Shown here: positions 26,132-39,490 of the stretch, piece after piece
Numbering within the stretch: position 1 is the first letter of the stretch
Layout of the letters: every line of letters starts with the position of its first letter
NCBI RefSeq assembly: GCF_009914755.1
Contig: NC_060927.1
Direction: 5' to 3' (one strand)
Length of the DNA: 64,000 nt
DNA from: the human T2T-CHM13v2.0 reference genome, Homo sapiens
Translations under genes and position numbers: made by a program
Notes under the pieces: model-generated
Seen by the model: the letters and a program-made list of their open reading frames with translations, nothing else
Databases searched by the model: none
What the model was told of the DNA's origin: nothing

Positions 26132-29100
26132 GCCCATCTACCAGGTGAGAGGGCTGCTACCCATCCTGCCCTCCCCGCAGCAGGGTCAGGGGCCCCTCCT
26201 TCTTTACCTGAGTCTGGGACCCAGAGAGAGGCCAACAGCCGACATAAGAGCCCAGCTTGCCCCACCCTCTGTTTCCCCTCTGCAAACATTCCTCTTCTGG
26301 TCCCTCCTGACCCCCTTCCTTGCCTCTCCCACCAAGAAAGTTAGGGAGATTTTCCAAGGCTGCCTCAGCCAGGGCAGTGGAAAGAGAGACTGATGGATAG
26401 ACAGAGCCCCTGACTGCCTGGCAGACGGACCACCTCCACAGTGATGTTTCCCCAGTGGGTGGCATTTCTCACTGGAGTCTGATTCAGACCCCAGACCCAC
26501 ATACCTGAAGGCCTAGGCCAGGAGTACAGTCAGCAACCCTGTACCCCTGGGCCTGCAGGGTTGAACTGGGGCAGGGAAGACACTCAGAGCATAAGGGGTG
26601 TCAAGCCTAAGGGAACAGATATGAGCCCCTGGGAGGGCTGGCTAATAAGGGCCAGAGTGGCAGAAAATACACACCTCTCACCTCCCCTGCCACTCCACCA
26701 CACACAACCTGGACCCCCAGGCTGCCCTCTTGGAGGGGCCAAAGCAATTCTGAAGCTACAGCTATTTTTCTAGAGGCTCTGGTTGGGGGACCCATTTGTT
26801 TCTTCAATGAGCAAAATACACTAAAAAGGCATCCCACTCCCAGCAACAGCCTCCAGGCCCTTTACTTGACCACCACAGACATGGGGAGGAGGGAGGCTCC
26901 AGGCTAGCCATGCTGGGTGCCTATTCCTGTTCTTAAGGGGGTCTCAGCAGGGTCATCTATGGCACACTTGACATGAGGGGCAGATGAACTGGGCGCAGCA
27001 AGGGCTGGGTAGCTGGACAGGGCCTGACCTGGCTCCTGCTGGAGGTGGAAGGGGTTCCTGGAGCAAGGGCACCTCCTCACCAGGCCCAGGAGCACCTGCC
27101 CCAACCTGCAGCCCCTGGACCCACTCATCAAGCTGCTCCCTCATCCCGAGCCTGCTGCCCAGTCCTGCTTGACCTCAAACTGGCAGGACAGGGCACTGAA
27201 GTTGCTCAGTTGGATGGGCCCCAGCATGGCCTCAGCATGGCCTTCACTCTGGTACCTGCTCTTCCATCAGCAAGTGGGCCCAAGTGTACTGTGGCCTGAG
27301 CCCCTGACTGGCAACACCTCCTCTGGTGAAGGTTCCCACCTGGCACCAGGCTTCTGGTCTGAAAGATGCCTGCCTTCTTCAAGGTGGGAGGGGAGCTGCC
27401 TCTGGTGCCAGGAACCCCCCCAGCCACCGTCCTGCTCAGCATCCCTGTGGCTGGCTATGTTTGATTCTCTACTGGCACTCGAGGCCAAGGTCTAGCCCTG
27501 GCCTCTCAACACTTAGGCTTCCCTGAACCTGCAACCCATATCCAGCTGCCTTTGTATGCCCATGCTGAAGACAACTCTAGGACTCAGGAGGTGCTTGGAG
27601 TGGGTGACTCCCCAAGGGCCTCACAGGGACCAGGCCTGGAAGCCCCTTCCTTATTCAATGCCTGCATTCTCCTCAATGTGTTCATCCGTCCCTGATGTCC
27701 CTGAGTCATCCTCATCTCCCTGCAACTTGGCCCCCAAGGTGGCCTTTCCCCCACCCCTCCTTCTCTCAGGCTCCCATACCCCAGAGCCTCTGAACCTCCT
27801 CCTTTTAGCCCCCTGCCCACTCTGAGCTCCTCTCTTGCCCAGCCCAGGGGCCATACTGGCAGATTTCACCTTGAAGTTCCCTTCTCACCATCTCCATCTC
27901 CTGCTTGGCCTTAACTGGAGAAAATCGTTTTCTTTGTGCCTGCCCCTAGCAGTGGGGCCTGAGTGGGTGCAAGGATGGGAATGGGCTATGGCAGGTGGAA
28001 ATTCAAGTGCTGACGTCCACGGGCCTCCTCTGTCCCCTCTTCCTGCACCCGGACCCCATGCCAACCCCTCCATTCTTAGACCCCAGGCACAGGCCTGGCC
28101 TACCCCAATCTACTGCTCATACCTACACTTACCCACCCCTCTCACCCTGGGCTGAACTTACCAAGCAGACCCTCGGGACACCCCCCTACCCAGTGTGAAC
28201 ATACTCCCTACCCCATTGATCACATAACATATGCCTGCATGTCTTTGGACCCCCACTTTGCCTTGTGCTTTACTCTGGGCACACACTCCCAACAAAAATG
28301 TGTATCCACAAACCTGTGCATTTGTCCAACACAGGGCTCCAGAAGATCGGAGCCTAGAGACTCCCAGGAGCCTGCCACCCACTAACCCAGTCCGGATGCC
28401 TTGCTGTACAGAAGGGAAAGCAGAGGCCCAGAAGGTGGAATGGAAGCAGTCATCCTGAGTGGGAGGTGGAGCTGTCATATCCCAGGGAGGGGTTAGGGGT
28501 CCAACTGGTTCCCCTGACTGCTTCAAAGGCAGGTCCCTCTGCTGGGCCACTTGCCTGGCCACATTCCCTCTCCAGCCTCTTTTCCTCTCCAGGGCAAATA
28601 AGATTTCAGTGCTCTTCCCTGGGGAGACTCAGCACCCCCCTGTCCCTCAACCTCTGCCCTCCACCAGCTCTCTTTCAGGTCCATCTCATTAGGAAAATCA
28701 TCTCAGGCCCCAGCCATGTTCCAGAGTCCTAGCTCCAAGCTCCAGCTGTGTGACCTCAGATAGCTCACCTCACCTCTCTGAATGTTCATTTCCTCAGCAG
28801 ATGAGGAAATAGCAGAGCTGACCTCACATGCTGTCCAGAGGCTGAAAGTATCCCCTGGAAGGAACTTACTGCAGTGGACAGGGTCCTGTAACAACATAAT
28901 AGTAACACCAACAGCAATAACAAAGCCTCTGCCTTTCCCTACATCCCCCTCTCTGGATCCTCACCTATAAATATCTTTTTTTCTCTATCATACTTCTTGT
29001 AAAATGTGCCTGCATCCTAGCTGCCTCTTTCTGTCCAAGCACATACTCCTACACACTCATGCCTACCCATGGGAGCATGCCCCTCACAGGAACAGGCCAC

Positions 29101-30299
29101 AAATCCACACCCCCGACCTGGCACACACACACATGCTTGAACACATGCATGCACAAACAGTACACAGAATATAATTCATTTGTAAAGGAGACTCCAGTCG
29201 TGCTATCCACCTTAAACTAAAATTCAGTACTTCCTGGCGTGGCCCGCTGGGCCTTGATGGAGAGGACAACACTCTGTTCCACATAGCAGGCTGAGCCCCC
29301 CTCTCTGAAACAATGGAACGCCAGCCACAGGGGCCTAGTAGGGATGGGTGAGGTGCTGGAGGGGTCATCCCAGCTGTCTCAAGGGATGGATTCTAATGGT
29401 CTAGCAGCAGATGTGGGCCCAGAGCAGAAAATGTTCTGGCTTAAGTCATCCCATCTGCAGCATCCTAGAGGGTCAGGCAGTCCGTCTCTGATGCTCTATT
29501 TTTTTGGGGGTCTTTTGGGAGCAGTGCAGCCTAGGTAGGGGGTAGACTAAGCCACCTCCAACTTCCTGGAAGCCAACCCCCACCTCAATTCCACTTCTCC
29601 ATCCTTAGCCTCTTCTGCTCAGTCACAGTGGCAATTAAGCAATTCCTTCCCTAACAAAATTTCCCCCATCCCTGCCTGAACTCCACCCCTTTAGAGACTG
29701 TGGTCTCTTCCCAAGTACCGCTGGCCTTTGGATAGGCTGTTCTCCTACCCTAAATCAACATTCCTTCCCTTTTTGACCTGGAGAACTCCTCCACAAGATT
29801 CAAGGCCCAACTCAAACACTTCTTCCTCCAGGAAGCCAGCCCTGACCCTCCTGGGAACAGCCAAGTCCAGCCAATCAGGGAGGCTAGAGCCATGGGATGG
29901 GGCACCCGGAGAGGCCAACTGTCCCTGCCCCACCATGCAGGCCCCTGCAGGCGGGTAGGGGACTCAGATTCAACCCAGGCAATGGTGAGCCATGGAAGGG
30001 ATTAAGGGGGAGCGGTGTAGTCAATGCAAGGTGCCTGGGTGCGGCTTTAAAAGGACATGCCAGGTCCTTTCCTCACCCTTTCCCTGGGGCTTCCAGTATC
30101 ACCGTGCTCGGGCCGGCTCAGGGCTCGCTAAGTGAACATTCCTTGGCTGGGGGAGTTTTATGGCCCGTGGTGCTTCCTCTGCAATGGCCTATGCTGTTTA
30201 CGAACCCCTCTCTGGCTTGGAAATAGACTGTCTTTCCTGAACGATTTTCTCTTTTCCCATTTACTAAACATTGATTTCCCCCCTCCTGCCCCTCTAATA

Positions 30300-30600
30300 G
30301 AGCAGAAACCAATACGTCTTTGTTTGCTTTTCTCGCGCGTTTGGGGCGCGGGCGGCGGCGGGGGGCGCCGGCTGCTGCGGCGGGGCCGGGCGGCTGCTCC
30401 GCGCATGTGCACCCGTCCAGGTGGCCCTGCCCTACTCTGCGGCGCCGGCACGGCCGCCCCCGGGCCCGCAGGGTGCCAACATCGGGGCGCAGGGACGCAG
30501 GGACGGGGGACAGGGCACGGGGGTGGGGAGAACACGTCGGGTACACAGGGGGGTAGTACCAGGAGCCTGAGTCGTCTGGGGCTGCTGCGAGAGCCGGTAG
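30300..30600. promoter_or_regulatory. Orphan CpG island (promoter/enhancer-like)
   Basis: Sharp local CpG enrichment with GGC runs, CCAAT near 30309, TTTTCTCGCGCG, and an NRF1-like GCGCATGTGCA at about 30401; no coding exon nearby. Confidence 0.8.
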
Positions 30601-33600
30601 CAGGGGAAGGCAGCCAGTTCTAGTGGAGTCCCAACTCTTCTGTGCCTGCAATTCCTTTAGTAATGCCTGGCCTCCTCCAGAGCCTCCTTTGAAGTCCAGG
30701 TGCTTCTGAATGAGGAGCCCATTAGCGTCTGGGGCTGCATTCAGTAGAAGCCAAGTGGGGCTGAGACATTCATTTCTTCTCTCATGTCTTCAGTCACCAA
30801 ACATATCAGACCACCTGTTCCAGCCAGGCTCTATGCTGGGGGCTTGGCACGGAGGAGGGGAGCAAGACAGGCGATGGCCCTGCTCCAGGGACTTAACTGC
30901 AGGCCCCATACTGCCTTCTTCTCAGAAGGGGTAGGGGTGGGGATAATTCCCAGACTAGGGCAGGCCATCCTCGTTCCTGGAGAAGGAGGACCTCTGGTAG
31001 GGGTGAGAGGAGCATCAGATTCCCAAGGGTGAGACCTTGGATGCGGCACTGCCCCTCTCTGAGCCTCTGGGGCTCATCTGCAAAGCAGGATTACAATAGC
31101 TCCTCCTGAACAGGGTGGCTTCAGGGATTAATTGTGGCCTTGCCCAGCACTGTGCCTGGCACAGAATAGATGCTCAATAAAAGTTTCTTTCCATCCTGAG
31201 CCTGTCCTCCTTTTCACCTCACTGAAGAAGTGAACAGACCAGGGCAGGGAGGAAGGGTAACTGGGTACAAGAAAACCTCAGTCGCCTATGACCACAACCT
31301 GATTCATACGTTCCCGGGCTGGCTGGTAGAGCACCCTTCCCCTGCAGAGGGGGGCCTATCTCCCCATCACCAGGGAGGCTAGGGAACCTGGCAGAAGAAG
31401 CACTGGGTAGACCAGGATTCACATGTGACCTTGGCGGCTCTCTTCCCATTGTGGGCCTTGGGGTGTCCATCTGGAGCATGGGTCCAGCATGCAGGGGAGC
31501 TGACACTGCTGGCCAAGGCTGGTGCTGCCCATCCCAACCCCCAGAGCATCTGGATTCACCAGCATCTACTGACCCCACCAACACAGCCCTGGGTTCAATC
31601 AAATCCTACCCTGCCCTTAACAGCTGTGGGACCTTGAGCACACTCCTTTCCTCTCTGGGGCTGCTGGAGGGTTCCTACTTCATAGGGTTGCTCTGGAGAT
31701 CAAATGGCATGAGGGAGCCCAGTTTCTAAAACCCAGTAAGGACTCCTTTGGTGGAGAGGGTGGAGATGCTCAGAGAGAGGAGGAGTGGGCCTGCGTAAGA
31801 AGCCCCAAAGGAAGGGTGACAACTACACCCCTGGCCTCCCTGCCCACTGGTTATGTGATTTCATGTCCACCCAGAAGCCGTAACAACCTCACAAGCCCTG
31901 TGAGGAGCCATGCAGAACCTGTGGTTTGTTCCCATTCACAGATGAGAAAAGTGGGAGCTCAGAGAAGGGAAGATCTTGCCCAAGTCACTCCGCAAGAGAG
32001 AGGCAGAACCCAGAACAGAGCCCAGGCCTCTGACTCCAGGTTGGGGGTCTGTGGTCATTGGATAGGTCAAGGAGAAGAGAGGGTACATCTGGCAGAGATG
32101 CCTGCTGAGTGCAAAGGCCTGGAGGCAGGAATGTGTGTGACATCAGCTGGGAGAAATGAGGGTCAAGTTTAATTTTGAAACTTCTCAGGAAGTTGGCTGT
32201 GGCTGGTTGTTTGTGACCAAATAAAATACAGAAGGGGCCTTCGCAGAAGGGAAAACCAGAGGTTTCAAGGCAGACACATGGGAAGGACTGAGGTCAGGGC
32301 AGATGCAAAGAGGGACTTGCGGCAAAAAATCATACTAGGAGACTCATAGACAGGCTGATAAGCACAGGCGGGCAGACAGAGGGATGAACAGACAAATGAG
32401 TGGATGATGGACAGAGGGATGGACAAGTGGACCGGCCAATTCGAACAGTCAGAGAGCACTGAGCAGGATTCAGCTGAGCCAGGAGGAGAAAGGGAATCGC
32501 TAGGGGCACCGGAGTGAGCAAAGGCTTGGAGGGGAGGCTGCTAGTGACCTCTGGGCTAGGGGCAGTAGGGGAGGAGGCTGGTGTCCTATTATAGTACATC
32601 GCAGAGGCCCAAGGCCGTGAGGAAAGCAGAGCTGGAGGGGCAGGTAGTTGGGAGGTGGCTGTGATCCCCCCCAAGTACCCCCACCTAACACAGGCAGCCC
32701 TCCCACAACACAACAAAGGCAGTACTCAGGTAGGTCTGGTCATTCACATCCCCCAAGGATCACTGCACCCTGTACAGTCAGTGACTAATGTGTGTTTGGA
32801 GCATGAACTTGAATCATGATGCCTTTGTTGCACCAGGGGCCAGGTGTGCGGTCTGCCTCTGGAGTAAGGCTGTGACCGACTGGGACAGAGTGGGGGCAGG
32901 CGGTGGGCAAGCCTTGGCCACTAGGAGGGAACTGGCCACAGCCACAGGCACAGGGAGCCTCAATAGGGGCCTGGACCAATTAGGATGGAAGGGGAGGCAG
33001 CAATAATTAAAAATTAAAAACCAACAAGACAGCAGTTTAAAAATGAAAGGACTGAGTAAAAACAATTAGCAGAGATGAGGCAACGGGGCTGGCATGATAC
33101 AAATGGAGCCGATCACAAAGCACTAATGACATCGGAAAACCCAATTTTTACAGTGTCAGGACTGAGTGATTAAAGCACTGTGCCTGCTCCCCTGAAACAG
33201 GCCGCATGCTCCCCTGAGGCCGGTGGGACTTTATCTCCCTCTATACGTCTCAGAGGAGCCAGCAGGCAGGTGCAGAGGCTGGTGGGAGAGGCTTGGAGGC
33301 AGGAGGCCTAGGAATGGCGCTGGGAGGCTGGGAAACCAAGGCAAGGGCTAGAGGGAGGCAGATACCGCCCCCTCGGAGTGTCCCCACCAACGAAGGCAGT
33401 GGTGGTGAAGTCACAATCCTAAGGCACCCGGTTGCCGCGGAGACCAGGCGACCCTCCTGGCAGGGGGAGGCTGAGTCAGTTTGAGTAATGGCGGAGAACG
33501 TTGCCGCTGATGGGGAAAAATACATCTTCATAACAGGGTGAACCTTTTGGAAAATGGAATAAGTAAAATAATTGAGAGAAAGAAAATTGAGTTTTTATTG

Positions 33601-34809
33601 CTTTTTAAGTGTTTAAGTGGAGGTTTCATTTAGGGAAATTATCGTTGCTTTTATTTTTAGCCACCCGGTGGGGTGGGGAGGGGTAAGGAAGCATTGATTT
33701 AGGGAGGGGCTTGGGTGTCCTGTCCCTCCCCCCAGGAGTTGCAGGGCACCCTCATTTCACAGAAGAGAGAAGAAGCCAGAGGCCAGCAGAGCACCTGAAA
33801 CTGGCCACAGAGCATGGCAGAGTGCCCTCTGGATCCCCCTTGCCTTCTGGGGCCTCCTGGGCCTGCCGTCAGGCCAACCCCTGGGCCTCCTCTCTCATCA
33901 GTCCCCTGACCCAGCCCAACTCCAACTCATTCTGTGCTTCTGCCCTTGCTGTGCTCCCTCCTCCCTGGAGCCTCGAGAGCTCTTTCTGCCCTGCAACCCC
34001 GGTCTCTCTCCCCAGCCTGGGATGCACCTGGTCCTCCCCCAAGCTCCATGCTCCGCTGAGTCCCCTGACACTTCTCTTAGGATTTCCTGCCCCTCCTGCC
34101 TGGTCCTGTGCCTCCTGTCCCCAGCCCTGGCAGCAGAGGTGGGGAGGGACTCTCAGAGAGTCCGCGGAGCACATGTCCACGTCCGCAGTGTGCTGTTCAA
34201 GCCTCCCAGCCCCCTCTGCTGAGCCCCGGCGTCCTCAGCCTCATCCATACTTATCCCATTCTTCCTCCTGCCCAGCCCTGGCTGTGACCCTTCCACACCC
34301 CAGAACTGGCTCAGGCCAAGATCACCAAAGACCCTACTGGGCAAATTCCATGATGGACGAGGTGAGCTGCTTCTCCAGACCCCACTGCCCTCCCCCAGCT
34401 CCATGTCTGGCAGCTACCTGGGGCTGTGTCCTGAGCCTACTCTCGTACTCCCTTCTTTGCCCCTAGGATTAGCCTCTTCAAGGCTCTGTTCTTCCTAAGG
34501 TCTCCTAGACGTTCTCCTGGTCCCAGGATGGAACCCTGTGCTGGCTGCCCCCTTCGTTTTCCGCTGGCCCCACCCACTCCCCCTCTCACACAATCCCCTC
34601 TTGCTCAGCCAACCCCTGATCCACTCACTCCACAGACCCCCTCATCTCTGGCCAAGGCAGCTGCTCCGGAAGCTCCTGGCCCGCCACCATTTACGCTTCC
34701 TGCCCCAGCAGCTACTTCCAATTCCAGAACAGCAGCATGGAGCTGTTCTCAGTCCGGGGCCTGTGCCCATGCTGTTCTCTATGCTTGGGAAGCCTCAGGC
34801 CATGAGTCA

Positions 34810-35190
34810 GGAGGCAAAGACCAAGACTCAAGTTACTTCAGCCGTAAAATGGAATTTATTGGCACAAGTAGTTTAAAAATCCAGGTCTGTGAACTTGAGG
34901 TATGGCTGGATACAGGTGCTCAAATGTTATTACTGTCACTTGGCCTCTTGCCTGAATGTGAACTCCATGCCCAGCCAGGCCTCCCCCATTCTGCTCCTCA
35001 AGGCACCTCATTCCCTGACCCCTCAGCTGGAGCCCCAGCTTTGAGTCAGCCACATCCACATGCCTGTCCTGGAAAATCACCATGGGCCTGGAGATGAAGG
35101 AAGCTGATTGGCCAGGCCTACGTCAAGAGGGAGGCATGTGTCTGTTCCCAATGCATGATGATGGGGTCAGGGGTTCCCCAAAGACAACTG
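34810..35190. mobile_element. Old ERVL-class LTR fragment (LTR33/MLT-like)
   Basis: Motifs GGAATTTATTGGC, GGCTGGATACAGGTGCTCAAATG and TGATTGGCCAGGCCT resemble the recalled consensus; subfamily uncertain. Confidence 0.45.
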
Positions 35191-38009
35191 AGAGTGAGCA
35201 CCCGAGCATGGCCCGGCTTCTGCCGAGCCTCCATAGTGCCTCAACTCCCCTTCTTTGGTTAACTCCTTGAGGGAGTTAATTCTCTTCCTGTCTCACCTCC
35301 CCCTAGGCTGTGAGCCCAGAGGCAGGAACCAGGCTGTCCTGTTTACCACAGGATTCCCAGTGTCCATGAGTGAGGGGGAGCCCTTCATGGTACAGACGGG
35401 GAAACTGAGGCAGGGGCTTAGCTGAGATCACACATCCACGTTCATGCCAAGGCGCCCTGTGCTCTGCCCTCATGCTGTCTTCACTGTACCAACCCTCCAT
35501 CTCCCATATCTCTGTGTCATCTGCCCCTGGCCCAAACCACCCCCATTCCTGGTGTGGTCTCCAGCTCTGCCTGTCCATGTATCCCTCTTGCCTAAACTCC
35601 TGTGGTGTCCGCTCTGTTCTCTACCTCCTCAGTGCTGAAGCTGCCTTATGCTAGCCCCTGCCCAGCCCACCCCTGCTCCCAAGGCCCTGGTGGACCTATG
35701 GACACTGGCCTCTCTTGTCCCCACAGACAAGGTGCCATCTCTGGGGGATATTCTCGTAGGTTCTCTGCCTATGCTGTTGCCCTCCCCAGGGCCTGAGTAC
35801 CTTTTCTCCCTGGCCTTCTGCTCCAAGCTCTCCTGCTTCCCAGGTTAGCTGCCCTTATTCTTTAAGCCATAGCTCAGGGGTCACAGAGAAGCCTTCTGTG
35901 GTCCCCCACTGTCCCCTCCTCTGCTGTAGGATATCTGTCTGTGTTTGCATGTTCTCCCCAGGGAGGCTGTGCCCCCTCGAGGGCGGCCAGCGTGTGATTC
36001 CTCCTGGAGTCGGCCCATGTCAGACCCTGAGCTGGTGCTCAGCAGCTCTCGGTGCGTGTTCATTGAATGAATGGATGACCTTCCAGTGACGGGGCCTTCA
36101 CATCTGGGGCCAGTTCTGCTGGTGAACAATGGGGCATGGTCAAAGATCCTCCTCGGCACCCCCAGCAGAGCCCACAGGGTCAAGTTCTGTGCACATGCTC
36201 GGGGCTAGCAGGACCACAGAAGAGGTTGTGAGCCATCTGGGAAGCTGGGTGATAGACCCATCCTGACCGCTGGCCCCTGCCCCACCAGGAGAGAACCCCT
36301 GGGAAGCTGAGGAGACACAAGCTTGTCCTGTTGCTGGCCTTGGTTCTTCCTTACATCTTTCCCATTCTCTCTGCCACCAGCCAGTCCCCTCCTTGCCCCC
36401 TTGGTCAGTGGCCTTGGTCCTCGTAGTTCCTTTCCTCTCCTTTTGGCTTCTGCTCCCCTCCGCAGGGTGCATGGCACATCCCACTCCAGCAGCCACCCCC
36501 TCCCATCTTTCCCTGCCAGTTCCCCACCCACTCCCTGCTCAGCCTCAGCCTCCTGCAGCCCTGTCTCTCCTCTCCACTAGGCACGGCTGCTTTCCTCCAA
36601 CTTAAGTTGAATTGATCTCCTGCTTAATTACCTGATGTGTTCATTGCCTGCATGGCCTATTGGCAGAGGTGGGTGAGCTGGTGGGCAGGTAGAGAGCTGG
36701 GATGGCTCAGACCTTCAGTGGGCACCTGCCTGTGCACCTGGGAGTGCAGCAGTGTGGGTGTGCTTCCCTGGGATGCCAGGGCAGCAGAAGAGGAGTGCAT
36801 GCACCCACCCACACATGCATACACACACACACACACACCCTTGTGTTTCCACATGGGTAACACCCTAGCACAGTCACACCCCACATCCCACGTGGCCAGC
36901 CATGGGTGCACACAGGCACACACACACACACACACGTCACCATCTCCCACACACACATCCATACTGGCTGACTGTGCTTCCAGCTGCAGCCAACAGCTGT
37001 TATTACTATCCTGTCCTGGGCCTGGCATTCAAGGCCTCCATGATCAAACCTCAACAGACCACTCCAGCCACACCTCTCTGAGATATCCCTGGACACAGCA
37101 GAGGCTGAGGCACCTTCGGGACAGGGCTGGAGGGGTAGGAGCTGGCCAGCTGCAGGCCTGGCCAGAGAAGTGGAGGCTCTCCATCTCTACCCATCAGTCT
37201 GTGTGTCTGTGGGGGTGTCAGTCACCCCGGGGGAGCCCCTGGGGCAGACACTCTGAGCAGGTCTCCCACTCACACATCATCTCCCCTCCTCTGACACCCT
37301 GTGCCAGGCAGCACCTGGACTCTCACCTGCCCTGAGCTGATCCCAGGAACTGGAGAAGAGGTGGGGCACAGGGAAGGCACCTCCTGGAGGAGGCAGAACT
37401 CAGGACAGTGAGCCCTTGCTGAGTACCTATTATGTGCTGGAGCTTTCACACCACGGTTGAAGTTGGTTGTTATCACAGTCCTTCCAGTCATTCTGTCTCC
37501 TGCCCACACAGCCCCCATTTCTCCCTCCTCTTGAACACAAGGAATGAGCTCCTCAGGGAGCACACCTCCCAAGTCACACCCAGCCTGCTGGAGCCTCTTC
37601 AGTTTCCCTGTCTGTGTTTGCAAGGTCAGGGGTAAAACCAAACTGCATCTCTTTTTCCGGGGGGTGGAGTGTCATTGTCCTTTCTGCTCACTGCTAACCT
37701 AGGTTCATCTTGCTGCTTTCAACAGTGATACTCTCTGGTCCTGGCTCCTATGGGCAATGTCTGGTATACCAGGCCACTGCTAAAGTCTTCACATGCCCTG
37801 TGGCAGAGGCATGCCCCATGACCCCATTGAGCAGATGAGGAAAGTAAGGCTTTGGGAGTTTAAGTGACTTACTGGGGAGCTCACAGGTAGAAAGTAGCTG
37901 TGGCAGGAATGGATCTTGGTCAGGTCACCAACTGGGCTGGGTCTGCACTCCACACCCTGGTACAGATGGGAGGATTGAAGACCTGAGGCCAAGAAAGAAA
38001 GCTGCGTGG

Positions 38010-38937
<928 letters not shown>

Positions 38938-39271
38938 TGGAAGACAAAGCTTCCTCCTGAAGCCTTCCTGAGGGCTCCAGCTCCCAGGGAGCTCATTCAG
39001 GCTGCCAGGCCAGACACAAACCCTTTGGGTCCCAGCCCACATTTGCAAGGTAAACGTGCCCCTTCCTATACCTTCTCATCTCCACCATAAAACAGCCCAG
39101 GGGGCCTCTGTTTGTTGGGTGTAATTAGCTGTTTCTCCCTCACTTGATCACAATTAGATTCCGGTTTAGAAGAAAGCAGCCAAAGGGGTCTTTGTGCTGG
39201 GGCCTCTTAGGCTGACCTGGGGTAACTGAGTGCAGTGGCTGCCCCCGACCCTGCAAATCCCTCCTCTCCCC

Positions 39272-39490
39272 TAGGGAGGACGGGGGAGGAGAGGATGAAG
39301 GAAGGAAAGGCAGGAAAGGGAAAGAAGCAGGGGAAGCAGGGGGAGGAAGAAAAGAGGGAGACAGGCAGATAGGAGGGCAGGCTGACTGGGAGTGGGGAGG
39401 AGGAGAGGGAAAGGAGGAGGAAGGTGAAGAGAGGAGAGGAAGAGGGAGCGGAGGAGCCCGGGAGACGGGGGTGGGGAGGGGGGAGAGGAC
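39272..39490 (+). repeat. GA-rich polypurine low-complexity tract
   Basis: About 200 bp of almost exclusively G/A. Confidence 0.85.

Noticed and set aside
33711-37335. 251-aa and 232-aa plus-strand ORFs
   Set aside because: Pro/Ser-rich or (CA)n-derived composition with non-ATG starts; consistent with chance.
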